Positions 24,621 through 38,299 of a DNA stretch of 64,000 nucleotides are shown in pieces. The position numbers and the translations under genes were made by a program. The DNA comes from Lama guanicoe (lineage: Eukaryota), in NCBI GenBank assembly GCA_013239625.1, contig MU054541.1:16714567-16778566 (forward strand), read 5' to 3'. Numbering within the stretch: position 1 is the stretch's first letter; the number at the start of each line of letters is the position of its first letter. Below the pieces are notes generated by a model. The model did no database searches. It had not been told where the DNA came from and saw nothing but the letters and a program-made list of their open reading frames with translations.

Positions 24621-27600
24621 CTGTCCTGTATGGAATTTACCGCATTTAAAACCTCACCCAGTGCCCAAAGGTGTTGTCCTGCTCCGATGCTGAAGTCCGA
24701 CACACATTGGAGACTGGCAGCAGAAAGTGGGGCAGGGACGGTCACAGGGGACATCTTGTCCACTGTTGTTTGGAGTAAGGGTTTCGGAGGGAGGGGGGCT
24801 GCTGGGCTCCCGGTGTAATTACCTCTAAGTCCCTTTATGCACTGAAGGTGAGCGTGGTTGTGGGGCTGGGGCTGAAGCAGAAGGCCGTTTCTGCGAAGCC
24901 CAGTGTGTTCCTTCCCCACGTGCCTCCGAGTGCCTGCTCCCCTCCTGGAGACTGGGGTGCCCTCCCACGATGCCGGAAGGCGGGGAGTAACTGGATACGC
25001 TTAGAAGCGGTGCCTCCCCATCCCGAGCTCTTCCCGAGGTGCTCATGTGCGCTCTGTGCAGACGTGGCAGGACGTGGCAGGTGGGAGCTGTATTAATTTT
25101 CCCTGTGCCCTGACTGTCTAATCTAAACATTCCAACGTTGAAAACAAAGCCGATAGTTGATATTTCTAGGGAAGGGTCACTGAGCCTCAGATGCGTAAAG
25201 AGAACATATGCAGAAAGAAAACAGTATTTGGATGCAGACTATCCGAACCCAAGACAGAGAAGGGTCACACGCTCGTCCCTTGCGAGGGGGCAGAAATTCA
25301 CAGATGTGTTTGTGATTTCGCCAGCTACGGGGATTTCGAATATTGAAATGGCACTTGGAACAGGAAGATGGGGTTCAGATCAGAGCACAGCGAGTAACAG
25401 AGTGGAAATGTTGTTATTCTAGCAGCTCACAGACGCCTCATTGTGCTTCCTCTGCTCAGTCCTGGCGAGATGGTCTTGAAAGAGCGATGCCTGTTGTTCT
25501 TGGCGTTTATTGATTTTCTTCCATGCAGTGTGCAGGCCCTGCTGCTTGTCCTAAAATACTGAAATTGAGAGAAGACTGACTTTGGATGACTTCCAGTGTG
25601 TCTCCGTCAGAAATGGGCCACTCAGAGACAAAACCGTGACTCCCACAGTCCGCTCCCTACTGCTATGAACCCGCAATTTATAGTTCATTCGCTTAATAGC
25701 TTTGAGAGAATTGGAAATTCCAGCCTGGTTTGGAGCAGAACTACTTCCGTGCTCCGTCAGCTCTATCACAGAGAAAGGTCAGCAGCCCGAGGCACGCTGG
25801 GCGCCCTGCGTTCTGCAGGTGGCGTGGAGACCACCCGTGGGGCTGTGGGGAGCTGCCGGGTAGAGTGACGGGGCAAAGAGGCTTTCCCCCGCCCCCCCCC
25901 CCGGCTTTGCGGGTTCTGGGGGATCTGGACTGTAGAGGCAAAATGAGCTGTGTTTTAAGTAAACTCCTGCCGACTTGTGCTATGACGAGTCGTGGAAGGG
26001 AGAGTGACCACGCAGGGCGTGTTCAGGGCAGTCCCCCGCCAGCCCGCTGACGCACGCGCGGTCTCTGCCCTGACGGAGGTGGGTGTGCGAGTGGACGGAG
26101 GGCGTTCCCGTTGTTTCTGCTCGTTTTTCCTTTGGGGCCTCTATGCTGGTGTTTGCACTTAGAGGCTCAGGAAACGAGGCCTGGGTGTGTGGTGTGAACC
26201 GCCAGGGTCACGTTAGAAGTGGAGAACGTGGGCGCAGATGGCGCACAGGGCCATCTCGGGGTCGGGCGGTCGTCACCAAGTCGCTCCCTGTCCTGCCGCC
26301 CGGGAAGCTGTCAGTATGGCAGTTGTGGGGGTGAGAGTTTTAGTTCCCTCTGTCTCTTTGTTTTAAGTAAAGGAGCCCATGTGTCATTGTTTTCCAGCGT
26401 TTTAGTCCTTGCTGCTGTTGTGCAGGAATACGGGACGCTTACTCTTGGTTAGAGACCCAGCCTCTGGCCCGTCTTCAGTCTCCTGTCTTCCCTCCGTTGT
26501 CCTGCTCTGGCCCCATTTCGGGAGCTCCTTTCACGTGGGAGGCAGCTGGGGGGCGAATGAAGGCGCACGGCTTTGTTTTTGTCCTCGGGAAGCTCGTCAT
26601 GGGGCAGAGGGCTTCGGGGGGGATTCCCAGAGGCCTCAGCCGGCCTGGCGCCCCCTGCACTCACACTGAAGGAACAAAGGTGTCTGTAAGATTCCTTAGT
26701 TCAGTTCACTCGCCAGGCGAGGAGGACGTGCAGGGAGAACAGAGCTGCCGCCCCCTGAGCACTCGGCCCCGATGTGTCTGCTGTGGACCTCAGACGGCGG
26801 TGCAGGAGTTGAGGGCTACGGGTTGAGTTTGGCCCGGTTAACACCTGGACGTGGGGCTCTGGGGTGCGCTCGCTGGGAAATCCCTCCTGCGGGCAGCCGT
26901 GTGGGGTAGGGGAGGCGTCGGGGAGCGTGCGTGACCCCGGCCGTGCTGGGCGGGCGTCTGTGCCTTGGGGCCGGGGAGTCGTGCACGAGTCACGCTGTGT
27001 GGGGTGGGAGTGGTGAGGCGGGCTGTGAGGTCCCCTGATTTCTGTCGTGTGGTGCCTCCTTCCCTTTGTTACTCGATTTTTAAGGGTCCTCAGTATCAAT
27101 GTCTCTAAACATCTAAAAAATGTGTTTTTGGTTAGTATATTTTATCACCTTTCCAGCCTCAGCTCTGTGTCTTCCTTCATCAAACTGCTAGATCTTAAAT
27201 AAAGGACATGTATCACCATGTCCTACGGAACTTGCTTCCTTTGTAATTTTCTGTGTTTTATTTTGTATCCTTAAATCCATTATTCTGAGACAGCGTCCAC
27301 AGGTGTTAGATGGCCAGGGGAGGGCCATGGCGTGAAAATGGCACGGGGGCGGGGCACTGCCCTGCGGCTGGCCTGTGTCCCCCCAGCAGAGGGGCTTCGT
27401 GGAAGTCTGAGCGGATGTCTGGTGAAGGAGGAGGGACAGGTGTGTGCTCAGCATGGGAGACCCCTTACCTCCAAGGGTCTCAGGTCTCGTCGCAGTCCTG
27501 TCCCAGGGGCCCTGGACAGTCTGAGCCGGGCCACCACCGTCCCCACGGCCACACCTTTCTTAACCCCGAGAGCCAGTGTGGAGTCGGGGTGAAAGTGGAC

Positions 27601-29564
27601 CATGTGATTTGAAGCCCACCCTGTACCTTCCGAGATGAGCGTGCAGACGAGATGTTTAACGTTTTGGAATTCAGTTTTCTGTGAAATAGCATGATAATAG
27701 GAAATAATATAAAAATTGTTCACACGTGATTATGGCATTTGCTTGTGCAAAAATAACAGAAGTAAATTAACTGCAAATGCTTGCAGTGGTAAGAATATGT
27801 ATTGATACTTTTTCTTTACGTCCCATTTCTCTATTATCTTAGCTTTATGACATTAAAATATATGTCAGATATACAAGACCGCCTCTTGTTGAATTGTTGG
27901 TAATTTAGAGTTAAAACCGTAACTTTCGTGACTGACTTGCTAAGATTCGAGCTTATTTTGAAGAAGCGTGAGATGGAACCTCGCCTCACTCATCTGTCCT
28001 TGTTGAACGTGGACGTAGTTCCCCTCTCATGATCATCTTCCCTCTGCAGAGGTTATGTGATTGCAAAGGTCAGCACGCGTAATCTCGCTCACCGAGGTCT
28101 AGCCAGACCCTCAGGTATCAGTGCCCCAAGAGAGAAGTCCTGCTTTATTTACCCCGTGAAAATAGCAATTAAAATACTATGTTGCGATTGTGTATGAACT
28201 GTGTATTTAATAAATAGCACGTGAGCTCCTTGTTCCGGGCAGACAGGGTGGATAAATTTCTCTCCCCGAAGATTCTTTGGTGCCTGCAGTAAGCGGGGCA
28301 TGGGTAAGTTCTGAGTGGATGTTTTTATCCGCACTGTTTGCAGGACCTGCTCTCTACTGTGTGCGCAGCCTGAGGTATTGTTAGTTATTTCTTAGTTTGG
28401 AGAAGTTTTGCATGTGTTAAATTTGGGTGGGCACGAGACACTTCCTCGTAAGTCCTAGTTCTGGAGTAACGCAGAATGACTTTCCTCCTTTTTACGTAAA
28501 TCTTCCTTCCTCTGGAACACAAGACACCCCTCCTCTGTGTGTTCCCCGCTGTCCTGGAGCCCCACCCAGCGCAGCGCGCTGGCCTCCCTGGCCCGTGAGC
28601 ACCTCTGCTCGGGCAGTTCGCGTTCTGAGGGCCCAGTGGTGCCGACGCCTCCCTGATGCGGCCGGTATCCCTCCACTTGCGTGGCTGACACCGTCTTAGC
28701 TTTTTTGATTTTTACGCCACTCTGAAAGGCCTAAGTTCTCTGCTCTTCAACACATTCCTGGCTTAACTGCTGTCCAATCATGTGTCTCCCTTCCTAGATG
28801 GGGAGATTTATGTAACTGTGAATGTCCGATGTTGCAATTTGTCCTCCTAATTTCGATCCAGAAGCTACTTAAAATTGTTTGTTGGGTTGACTGGTTTCCT
28901 GGCTGCTCGGAAACCCAGAGAGGTGGAGCGTCACCATCGCCTTCTCCTCGAGAGCCTGGCCTGTGCGGGGATGTAGGCTTTTATTTTTGTGCCTGTTTGC
29001 TCTCCTGTCTTCCGTTTGTTATGTGATTTGCATCGTAGGGAAGTCAGAACGTCACCTCCACCCTCTTAGGGCCTCTGGCTGCGCTCGAGATCTAAATCGA
29101 CACAAGAGAGGGGCACATGGAGTCTCCCCGTGTGGGGCCCAGGGAGGGCAAGGCCGCAGCGTGCTCCCACCAGGCGTGGAAGGGGCCGCGGGCGCTGAGG
29201 GCTGTGCAGCAGGTCGGCTTGGACTGTGTCCTCGGCCCCCACGCCCAGATCTGTGGCGAGCAGCTCTTTCCTCCTGGGGTCGGAGGCTCCTTCCCATGGG
29301 AGATCTCTGCTGCCAGGGCGGAAGGAGGTCAGGGCACTCTCAGGGCTCCTGCTGTTTTCCAGGTACCTTTGGCTCAAAATACCCCTTCAGCCAAAGTGGC
29401 ATGCTTTGCGGTGGCGGGTTCGGCCACCTTTGGGGTGGATCTGTAATTAAATATCCAAGACTTTCGGTAGAAGACTGGCTTGCACCCCAGTGCTTTTGGT
29501 CATGCTTCCTTACTTGGTTTGCTGCTCACGTGCTCTGACGAGGATTTCAGAGAAGAGACTTTCA

Positions 29565-29820
29565 GGGCAGCAGTGGGGAGAGGTTGGGAATGTGGGGTCT
29601 GGAGCTTGGGGTCTGGGCCCAAACCCTGCCTCTGCTGCTTTCTGGCTTTTGTGACTTTGGACAAGACACTTAGTCCTTCTGTGCCCCGTTTCCTTATCTC
29701 TGAGATGGATAATAATGGTACTGACGTCATAGGGTTGTTGTGAGGGTAATAGAGATGTAAGTGGGGTGCTCAGCGTGACTCCCCCTCCAAAAAAAAAAAA
29801 AGCACTGTATCAGTGGAATG
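29565..29820 (+). mobile_element. MIR SINE, near full length
   Basis: gtgactttggacaagacacttagtccttctgtgccccgtttccttatctctgagatggataataatggtac...tcatagggttgttgtgaggg is the MIR core. Confidence 0.9.
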
Positions 29821-31419
29821 TTGTGGGACTCATAACAAATTACCTGATGTGAAATCGGCCCACCTCTGGAAGCCGGGGAGGCGGGACCCCTTCTGTCTTC
29901 CCACACCAGCTGCACTTACCCGACCAGCCTGGAACCCTCCGCTCCCCCCGGGACAGCTAAGTGCAGGCAGCAGGCCTGGGGACCAGAGCCCAGGAGAAGG
30001 TGTTGGGGGGCGTGGAGTGGGTGGGGCCGCAGGAAAGGAGGAGGACGTGGATGGAGCGTGTCTGCTGGCCAGCCTGGGGAGGGCGGCCGGGCGGCTTCCG
30101 GCAGGGGGCTCAGTTCCCCCCAACCCCCTACGTTTCTTGTGAACCTCCTCTTGGGCTTGGGGTCTCTTTTTCTCCTTCCCAGAGCGCTTTGAATTTTGGC
30201 AAACTGAAAGGTAGATAATTACCCTTGTACAGTTGTGCTCATTAACACAGTGCGCTTCTTCAGAACGCAGACTGCTAAAGTAGCTCCCTGCGCTTGCGTC
30301 GCCCCCTGCGATCCATGTAATGTGTGCAGACATAATTATGGCGGGCCTGCTCTTCGGGTGGTGGGGGCCCCGAGATCTGCTCTCTGTGTTCGGAAACCCT
30401 CAGGTGAGGCACCGTTTGTTGGGGTTTGACTTGGCATCTTTTCCCGGTGGTCCGTGATTAGTTCTTCGTTCTTGGCATCTTTATTTGCAGGTCATCCGCT
30501 TATGTAACCTGGGTGGTCCGTCACCCGGGCCTGTAGCTCCGCCGGTAACATCTGTTAGCTCGTGACTGTCTGTGACCAGCGGTGCTGGGGGCGTCAACGG
30601 GGTTTACTTACTGCTGTTCGCTCTCACCTGCTCCGGGTGTTTGTGACTTCCAAGCAGCTTTTCCCGACCGGTTCTTGCCACACGTTCGGCGTGCAACCGA
30701 AGTGACTTCTGTCTTGTGACGGAAGTGGGCCCAGCTGTCGGACATCACGACAGGTGGCGCAGTGTTGAGGGCAGTGGAGACGCCGGCTTCCACACGCCTT
30801 GTTCCCTCTGGCCTGGGCTCCGCTTGCGGGTCCCTGGTGGCCCTGTGGCCTGAGCCTCCTTTGCCGGCTTGGGAACCAGCCCGCGGCGGGCTCGGCTGCA
30901 GGGGCAGCGTGGCCGTGGACGCGTTCTGCGTTAGCAGTTACTAAACAGTCCGGCTTTACTTCTAGTGCTGAGAATCGTTCGTAGCATTTGCCATGGTTTG
31001 CTCTTGTTTCTGCGTGGTTTCCCACTCCGTGAAGCTCGGCCGTGGTCCTCGTGGTTGTGAATACTTGTACTTTTTGGTTCCTTTGCCTTTTACACCTCAA
31101 GTATGGACATGTATTTACTTTAAAATTGAAAAAAATACAAGCAGTCTCTGCCACTGTAGACAAATGAATTCTTTTAGAAATGAGGCCTTTCTCTTGCTGA
31201 CTGGGTGTCTTTAATCTTGGAAGTACCAGCGTCTGTTATTAGAGCAGGAACTGATGCAAAAGGTTAGCCTCATCCCTACTTCAGGGTTTGTTAAAACACC
31301 CTCCCTTCCTTGCAGTCAGAGAAGGTACACAGTCAGCGTTTTAAGTCCCACGCTTCCCGCTCGTGGGTAACAGCTGTGTCCCCGGCTCCCTGGGACAAAC
31401 GCCGTGTGTGTAAGCTCTG

Positions 31420-31640
31420 ACCGAGGCAGACTGGTGGCGATGACTGCAGCGTACTGGGGGCAGTGGGCTTTGTGGCCCTGTCTACCCCACAAGTGAGGAG
31501 GAGCCATGAGTATCTTCATTTCATAGGCAAGGAGACTAAGGCTCGGGAGAACTGACTGACGCTCTCCAGGACGTCCCAGACCAGCGGGGTCACGTGAGCT
31601 GCTGACCGTGCCCGGCCCGGCCACCTTTCCACGAGGCTTT
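31420..31640 (-). mobile_element. MIR SINE
   Basis: tatcttcatttcataggcaaggagactaaggctcgggaga is an antisense MIR core. Confidence 0.7.
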
Positions 31641-33179
31641 ACACTAATGCTTCCAGCTTGACGATGAAATCAGTGCGTTCCAATGAACACTTGGCGGCTT
31701 GGATCACTAATAAAGTTGTTGTTTTTGTAATTTGATTTTTGGCTGTTAGATGCATGAAGGAAGAAGGACTGGCCTTAAAATGTTACCGGACGGGCATTTT
31801 TGAACGTGGTTTATGTACATATTCACTGAAGCCAGAGCCCGCTTCCTCTCATGTCAGCGCAGACTCACACACTTCTGGGCTCCCCCGGTGCCTGCAGTCC
31901 CCGTCCTGCACGTAGGAACCCTTCCCTTAACTTGCTGTAAACAGCACGTGTTCTGAGCCAACAATGAAAACCACCGACAACGTACTCACAGTTTTTTCCC
32001 CGAATTGGACCTACGTGTGCAGTTCTGTGAGATTCCCAGCACACGGGTGATGTCTCTCGAAGGCAGGAGGTGACCCAGAAGAACGACTGTTGTCACGGCC
32101 GTTGGGCCTGTCAGGGTGCCCCTTCTGCGCCGGCCCCTTCAGTGCGTGAACCAGAGCTGCTTCTGGGTCCTGGGCACACATCCCCGCAACCCCGTGACCG
32201 TGCCTCGGGGCCAGCGCAGGGCGTGTTGCTGCAGGACGCTGTCACTGGCTTCTTGTGCTGATCCGGCGTAGCTGGGGTCAGGAACATGCTGCATGAATGT
32301 CTGTCACCGAGTTCTCGGTCTCGTTCAGCTGGGAGATGACCCAAGCCCACGACCTTGCAGTGACTTAGGGCGCCAGGTGTCAAGGTCACAACCCACAGCC
32401 AGAGCAACACCAAGAGCTCTTAACGCAGTGAGGGTGGAGGGTGGCCAGTGAGACAGCACGTAAGCCAGCAGTGTGCGCCTCTGGCCTCTTGTCCCTCGGG
32501 GCTGCTGTGAGCCTCCGGACGGAGCTTCGGGAACGGGTTGGCAGCCGCCTGCGAAGGTCGTTACTGCTGAGCAACGTGCGGCGTCCTTCTCACCCCCAGA
32601 GGGGCAGCGGCCGCCCTGGGAGGCGTGGGGGGGCCAGCGGTCCACCGGGAAGTGGTTCCCTCTGCTTCCAGGGTGCCACGGTCGCTTCTTCCTTGCCGGG
32701 CTCTGGACCCGGAGGAGGTGGTCTGGGTGAAGGCTGTGGGTGCGGGCTGAGGGCCGGGAAGGCCGTGTTCGAGCAGCCCTGCCGGCAGTGTGAGCTGGGT
32801 GATGACCACCCGTGACAGCCACTCTTCTTGTGGGCAGACCAGGCCCGGGGCTGGGGTGTCCAGGGTCCAGGTGGACGTTTGACTTGCAGGACTGTGTGAG
32901 GGAAACCAGACCCCCTCCTTTGGAGCGTATTGGCCTCTTCCTGGACGGGGAGCTTGGCGTCCGTGTAACCACCCGCCCCCCCCAGACCCCTTCCCGGGGC
33001 GCCGGCGCTGGTGTAGGAGACGCTCCTCGGGGTCTTGGGTGCCCCCCTGCCTCCAGACAGCCCTGTGTGGACGCCTTTAGCCTTTACCTCGGAGTAAGAC
33101 AAAGGTAAACTTCTCTTCCACTCGACTTTTTCCAGACGTGATAATGGTTACTGTGGCGTGTCTTCATTCCAAGTTAATT

Positions 33180-33820
33180 CCTCGTGGCCTTTTTCACAGC
33201 TTTCTGCGGGCGCGCACCCCCCCCACCCCCATCCACAAAACCTGCACCCCGATAACCCACAGAGCGGGCACGGCACGCCGGCCCACGCGGGGAGCGCCCC
33301 GCCCGCCCCGCTCCGGGAGCTGCTGCCCGCACGTAGCGCGGACGACTGCGGCCCCTGTGGGCCACTGGGGTCGCCCTGGGGCCGGGCGAGCTCCGGTTAA
33401 TTAAAGTCGGCTTTGTTTCCTCTTCCTGCCGGTCCAGCAGTGGGTCTGTGCCACCGTCGTTCTGGCCTCGTGAGCTTTTTGCTTCTGCTTCCCTGTCCTG
33501 GGCCTGGCGTTTTAGTCTCACTGCTCATTTCCCCCGAGTGCGCTGGCAGAGGCCCTGGTGCCCGCGCTTCCGCGCCTCTTTCAGGGCTGCCCTTCCTCCC
33601 AGCTCACTGGCCTCTCTTTCAGCTTTTGTCGCTGACACACTCGATCTCAGGGCTGAATGGGCGGACGGACCAGGCCGAGGCCGCGGGCAGCGCCGGTGCT
33701 GGGTCTGAGCTGGGTCAGCACCGCTCGGCCCGCAGGCCTGCACTGCCCAGCATGGCGTCTGTGATGGCGATTCACACTTACGTTTAATTAGTTAAAATGA
33801 AGTGAAACGAAACCCTTAGT
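33180..33820. promoter_or_regulatory. CpG-island-like regulatory element
   Basis: Dense CpG with tandem GC boxes (gccccgcccgccccgc ~33296-33311), TTAATTAA at ~33397 and an IRF-like gaagtgaaacgaaac at ~33799-33813. Confidence 0.4.
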
Positions 33821-34859
33821 CCCCAGGTTGCCGGAGCCCACGTGTGCTGCCGGGCAGCAGTGGTGCAGGATGCTTCTGTCACGCAGGACGTTCTCCCGCA
33901 CGGCGTTTCTCTACACAGGTGTCGGTCCCTTGGCCATGAAAGAGCAGGAGATGCTGCACATCGTGCGTCCGCGGCTCCCCTTCTGGTGCCTTGGTTTTAC
34001 TGTCGCAGGTCCCCACGGTGATGTGGTGGCTTACAGTGGCTTGCATGGTGACCCAGTGTACGTGGGGATCCGGCAGGTTTTCACAGAAAAGGTGCAGTTT
34101 AATTTGTGTTTTGAAGAATGACTGTGATTTGAGAGTAGATGCCAGAGGAATTGCCACTTTCTTGGGGGAAGCTGGAAATACAGATGGAAATGAGTAATTC
34201 AACACGTGGAGGTTAGAGTGTGCGAGGGTTTAAGATGTACCCAGACAAGGAAGAATAAACACACAAACACGAAATGAATGCACGCGTGTGTGAAGCACCG
34301 CCACAGTGCAAATGTGGACCAGGGGCAGCCCTCAGTGGCTCGCTCGCTCCCTCGCACGTGCCTGTGGGGCCCGGCGTGGTCCTGGCCCTGACCAGTGTAG
34401 GGAGAGCCAGGGTCTCTGCCCCCCAGGGGCTCACGGGTCAGTGGGACACGCAGACGGAAGCAGGTGGCTGTGTGCTGTGCTTGAGACCAGATGTCCTTGG
34501 GAGGAAGGCCACTAGGGTGGGAAGGGACCCCATCTCTCGAGGTGGCAGTTTGACCAAGACGGCGGCGCCCTGAGCGCTGGGTGCTGGGGGCTGCTGCGTG
34601 TCCGTCACCTCAGCTCACGGGGGCCGCCAGCCGTGCTGCCTCCACGCGGACACAGGTTCCCACTCTCAGCCGCCCCAAAGGCACCGGGAATACAGTCTCA
34701 TTTAAAACTGTGATGAGGTTAAATTAAGATCCCATGAGCATCAGAAGGCCTTTGGTTGGCGCACAGTCAGCGTGTTATTACCCGGGGCAGCTCATGGGCG
34801 GTGAGAGTCATGCCGCGTGTGGGTGGAGAGCAGGTGACCGGCAGTCGAGTGGACTGGTC

Positions 34860-35020
34860 CCCCAGGCACGTTAGAGGCACGTTCTATGTGCAGAGATGGT
34901 GCTAAGCATTTAACCTTCATCATGCAGTAATAATAGCAGGGTTTTTTAGGTGATGATTTTGAGGCAGCTAGAAAGCCACAAAACTTGAAACACGTGTGAC
35001 TCCAAAGCCCAGCCCCGAGA
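34860..35020 (-). mobile_element. Diverged MIR
   Basis: tatgtgcagagatggtgctaagcattta ... tgactccaaagccca. Confidence 0.5.
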
Positions 35021-35379
35021 CCCCCTCCTGCACTGACTGTCGCGTCGTCAGTCCACAGGCCTGTGTGTACTACCTAGTGCTGGTTGGGGCCTTTGAGGTG
35101 ACGCGATGAGAAGCCCACGAACTGCGTGGGATCCGAGCTGACGTTCCCAGTCCTTCAGCAGCTTAGTCCTGCCCGAGGCCGAAGGGCGAGATGGTTGAGA
35201 AGGAGGAAATAGCGCGACCATCTTGCGGCAAGATTCTGGGCGGGGCGAGCGCCAGCCACGGCCAGACGTGGCAGCGTGTGGGCGGGCGGCGGGCGGCACA
35301 GAGTCAGCAGTGAGCCGGGGCGGTGAGGCGGTGCCCCCGCATCACTGGTTTGCAGGAGCTGGGCCGGCACGCCTGGGTG

Positions 35380-35960
35380 TGCTGTTCTTTGTGTTTATCC
35401 TGCGTGGTGTTTGCTGAGCTTTATGAATCTGTAACTTAAAGACTTTCACCCTGTTGGGAACATTTATTTGCTCTGCACTACTGTCTTCTTTCTCTCTGGG
35501 AACCTAGTAGTGGAGATGCTTTACTGTCATCCGGAAGGTCCCTGAGGTCTTCTCATTTTGTGCGGTGACGCCCCTCAGCCCCTCAAGTCCGGAGCTGCGT
35601 TTGCTCCGTCTGCAGCGTCGCTGACCTTTCCTTCGTCCTCACCCACCTGCTGCGAAGGCCATTTGCTGCTTAGCAAAGCCCGTTTCATGTCAGTGTGATT
35701 TTTTTTGGATCTAGAGTTTTTATTTGGTTCTTTTTTCCAAATAGCTCCTGTTTCTCTAGTGAGATTTCTGTTCATTCGTCACGAGTGCATTTTCCTGGAT
35801 GCCCTTGGTTGGAGTCACCGGCGCTGCTGACCCGACACCCGGACCGTCTCGGCACCAGCCTTTGCTGATTATCTTGTCTTGTGAGACTGGGTCAGGCTTT
35901 CCTTTCTGGATTCTGTTGCATTCCTCCTAATGGTGTTGATTTTTCTCTTTTTTGTTTTTG
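35380..35960 (-). mobile_element. Old L1 ORF1-region fragment
   Basis: gctgagctttatgaatctgt...; gatttttttggatctagagtttttatttggttctttttccaaatagctcctgtttctct is a typical antisense L1 ORF1 coiled-coil segment. Confidence 0.7.
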
Positions 35961-36305
35961 CAAAAAGATGACTTGGATGACTGAGACTGCAGGTCCGTGG
36001 GAGATTCGGCCGTGTTTACACACAGGCTGTGCATTGAGGCCTCTGTCCCTGCCTCTGCCGGGGCTCCCCGGTGCTGCCAGCCTCATTTCTGGTAGCTGTG
36101 TTTGCCCTAAACGCTACTGTCCTTTGGTTCTTCAAGCCGGTGAAACAGTGGGTTTTCTGTCTCTGCTTGGTACAAATGGGAGCCTCCCCTTAGGCTAAAA
36201 TTCATGAAAAACACAGAAGTCACTTGGAGTTATTCCTTCTTTATCTCTGTTGCAGGTGTCTCCTCCCTCCAGAATCTGCTTTTGGATGCTGTCAAATATC
36301 TTGGC

Positions 36306-36342
36306 TGTTGTGTTGTGTTGTGTTGTGTTGTGTTGATGTTGC
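36306..36342 (+). repeat. (TGTTG)n pentanucleotide microsatellite
   Basis: Direct run of TGTTG units. Confidence 0.9.
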
Positions 36343-37654
36343 ACAAGGTTTACAGTTATTATCTGCAGACAGTTCACAAAACAGGCATTTTTTCCTTCCT
36401 TTGTAAGAGGATGCTTCTGGACTGCTTACTTTTTAATATTTGCAAGTGTTTTTTTGTGACAGAGACATATGTAAAAGTTACATTCTGTGTTGGAAGCAGA
36501 GTGAAATTTCCGCACTCCAGCGTGCTGGAGGGGAGGGTTACAGCTCGTGTGTCATTTCCCACGAGAACTGAATGTACGCCTTTGACACTTGGGTTTCTTT
36601 CCTGAGTGTAATTTATTCTGAATTCTGAATGAGCACATTTGTATGTTTCTTGTAGCAATTAGAATGTTTTCTTTAATATTTTGAAACATTTGATTTGATA
36701 ATAAGATACTAGCTTTCACGAATCAAGTTTAAAAGCTTTGACTATTCAAGTAATTCCATGGATGGAGGGCATAAATATAAGTGACTTACTGTTGAGTAAA
36801 TTTTTATATAATGATAGAAAAAAATGACTGATTAAAATGGTTTGATAATTGCCCAACTATTTACTTGATTTACATGATTTTAACCTAATTGGCAATGCAT
36901 ATGCATCAAAGAAATATTTTATATTAAGTTATTCTGTGATTATAGCACAAAAATCCCGAGTTTTTTGCTTGATCATATTGAATCTAAAACATTAATTTTC
37001 TCAATGTATTTAATCTCTTATTTTACATTACGTGCTGCAAAATTTTAGTCTGTTGAGAACGTGATTGAGTTAGAAATGTGTGTCTCTGTCTTCTATGATT
37101 TTCTCAAATTTGAACTATTTTGATACAGTATTTGATAGGGCAACTAAAAAAAGTTAGTAGGTATGAGCGAGGATGTGAAAAATCATGCTGAAAAATTAAA
37201 AAATAAAAAATTTGTTTTTTTATTTGCTAACTTGTTGAAAATCACAGAAAAGCCCACTAGAGCCCAAACTCATGAGACGCCTCACACCAGCCCACGTCGT
37301 GTGAATGTGTGTGTTTGGGGATCTAATTATACTCGTTTTTATGTATTATTTCTGGATTCTTTGGACTTCCACTTTATCATGACCAAACATGGGACTTTAT
37401 TTCCAAACAGTGTACATATAAGACATTAACTTTTTAAGAGTCATAGGATGGTAATATTTTATGATAATGTTTTAAAATTTAAATTTACTAATATTTTGGA
37501 CTCACGAATATAGATATGTATGTCTGTTTTGGGGTAAAGTAGCAGATAGATTCTCTTGCAGAGATTGTTCAGTTTTGGAAATTGACTATCTTTCTCAGCA
37601 ATCTCTTGTCATTTGAAACTGGGGATAAAAAAAGTCAAGAGGTGGTTTAACAGG

Positions 37655-38105
37655 ATGCGTCAGCTGCAGGGAGCACAAAACCCAACTGAAAGTCCGCCAA
37701 ACAATGAGAAGGTTTTCAACTTGCATAACAGGAAGTCTGGGCACAGGGCCAGGTCAGTGGTGTCAGCGTGGACAGAAGCTCCTTCCAAGTTTTTGGCCTG
37801 ACGGCCTTACCGTATTCGCTTGGTTCTAGGGCTAGTCCCCTCATTGTCACAAAATGGTTGCTATAGCTCCAGACATCCCGACTGTCTTCCATGAAGGTAT
37901 TATTAGAGGGGAAAACCTTTTCCTGGTGTTTCCTCATATCTCCTTGGTCAGGGGGATAGAATTATCATAATTGGTTTGCCGCAATTATGATTTGCTTTCT
38001 CAGTCTAGACCATGTGTTTCCTGACCACACAGCAGAGTGAATACTAGAACAGAATTAGGACTTTGGCTGCCAGCAAGGAAGGGGTGGGAGGGAGACTGTT
38101 GTTCT
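37655..38105 (-). mobile_element. MaLR solo LTR (MLT1J/K/L-like)
   Basis: tcagctgca...aaaacccaact...cataacaggaagtct...cctcattgtcacaaaatggttgctatagctccagacatc matches old MLT1 LTR motifs. Subfamily and strand are from memory. Confidence 0.75.
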
Positions 38106-38299
38106 TACAAACACATTTTAGATAATGAACAACTTTTCATTCAGTTCCTTGAAAGAGCCGTTTTCTCTTGCTTCTGGGACCTCATTGCTGTCTGGAATTT
38201 TCTTCCCCTCCACCTAATAGATTCCTTCTTGTATTTTAACTCTGAGCTTAGATATAATTTCTTTGGGCAAGTCTTTCTATATATGAGAAAGAAAGAAAA

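Noticed and set aside
32325-33102. 215-aa and 170-aa minus-strand ORFs
   Set aside because: GC-rich chance ORFs with no homology or exon structure that I can recognise.
36204-36605. 133-aa hydrophobic, Cys-rich ORF
   Set aside because: The CCVVL repeats come from the (TGTTG)n microsatellite.
37964-37991. 10-bp inverted repeat atcataattg...caattatgat
   Set aside because: It lies inside the MLT1 LTR and probably derives from the element's own palindromic segment.
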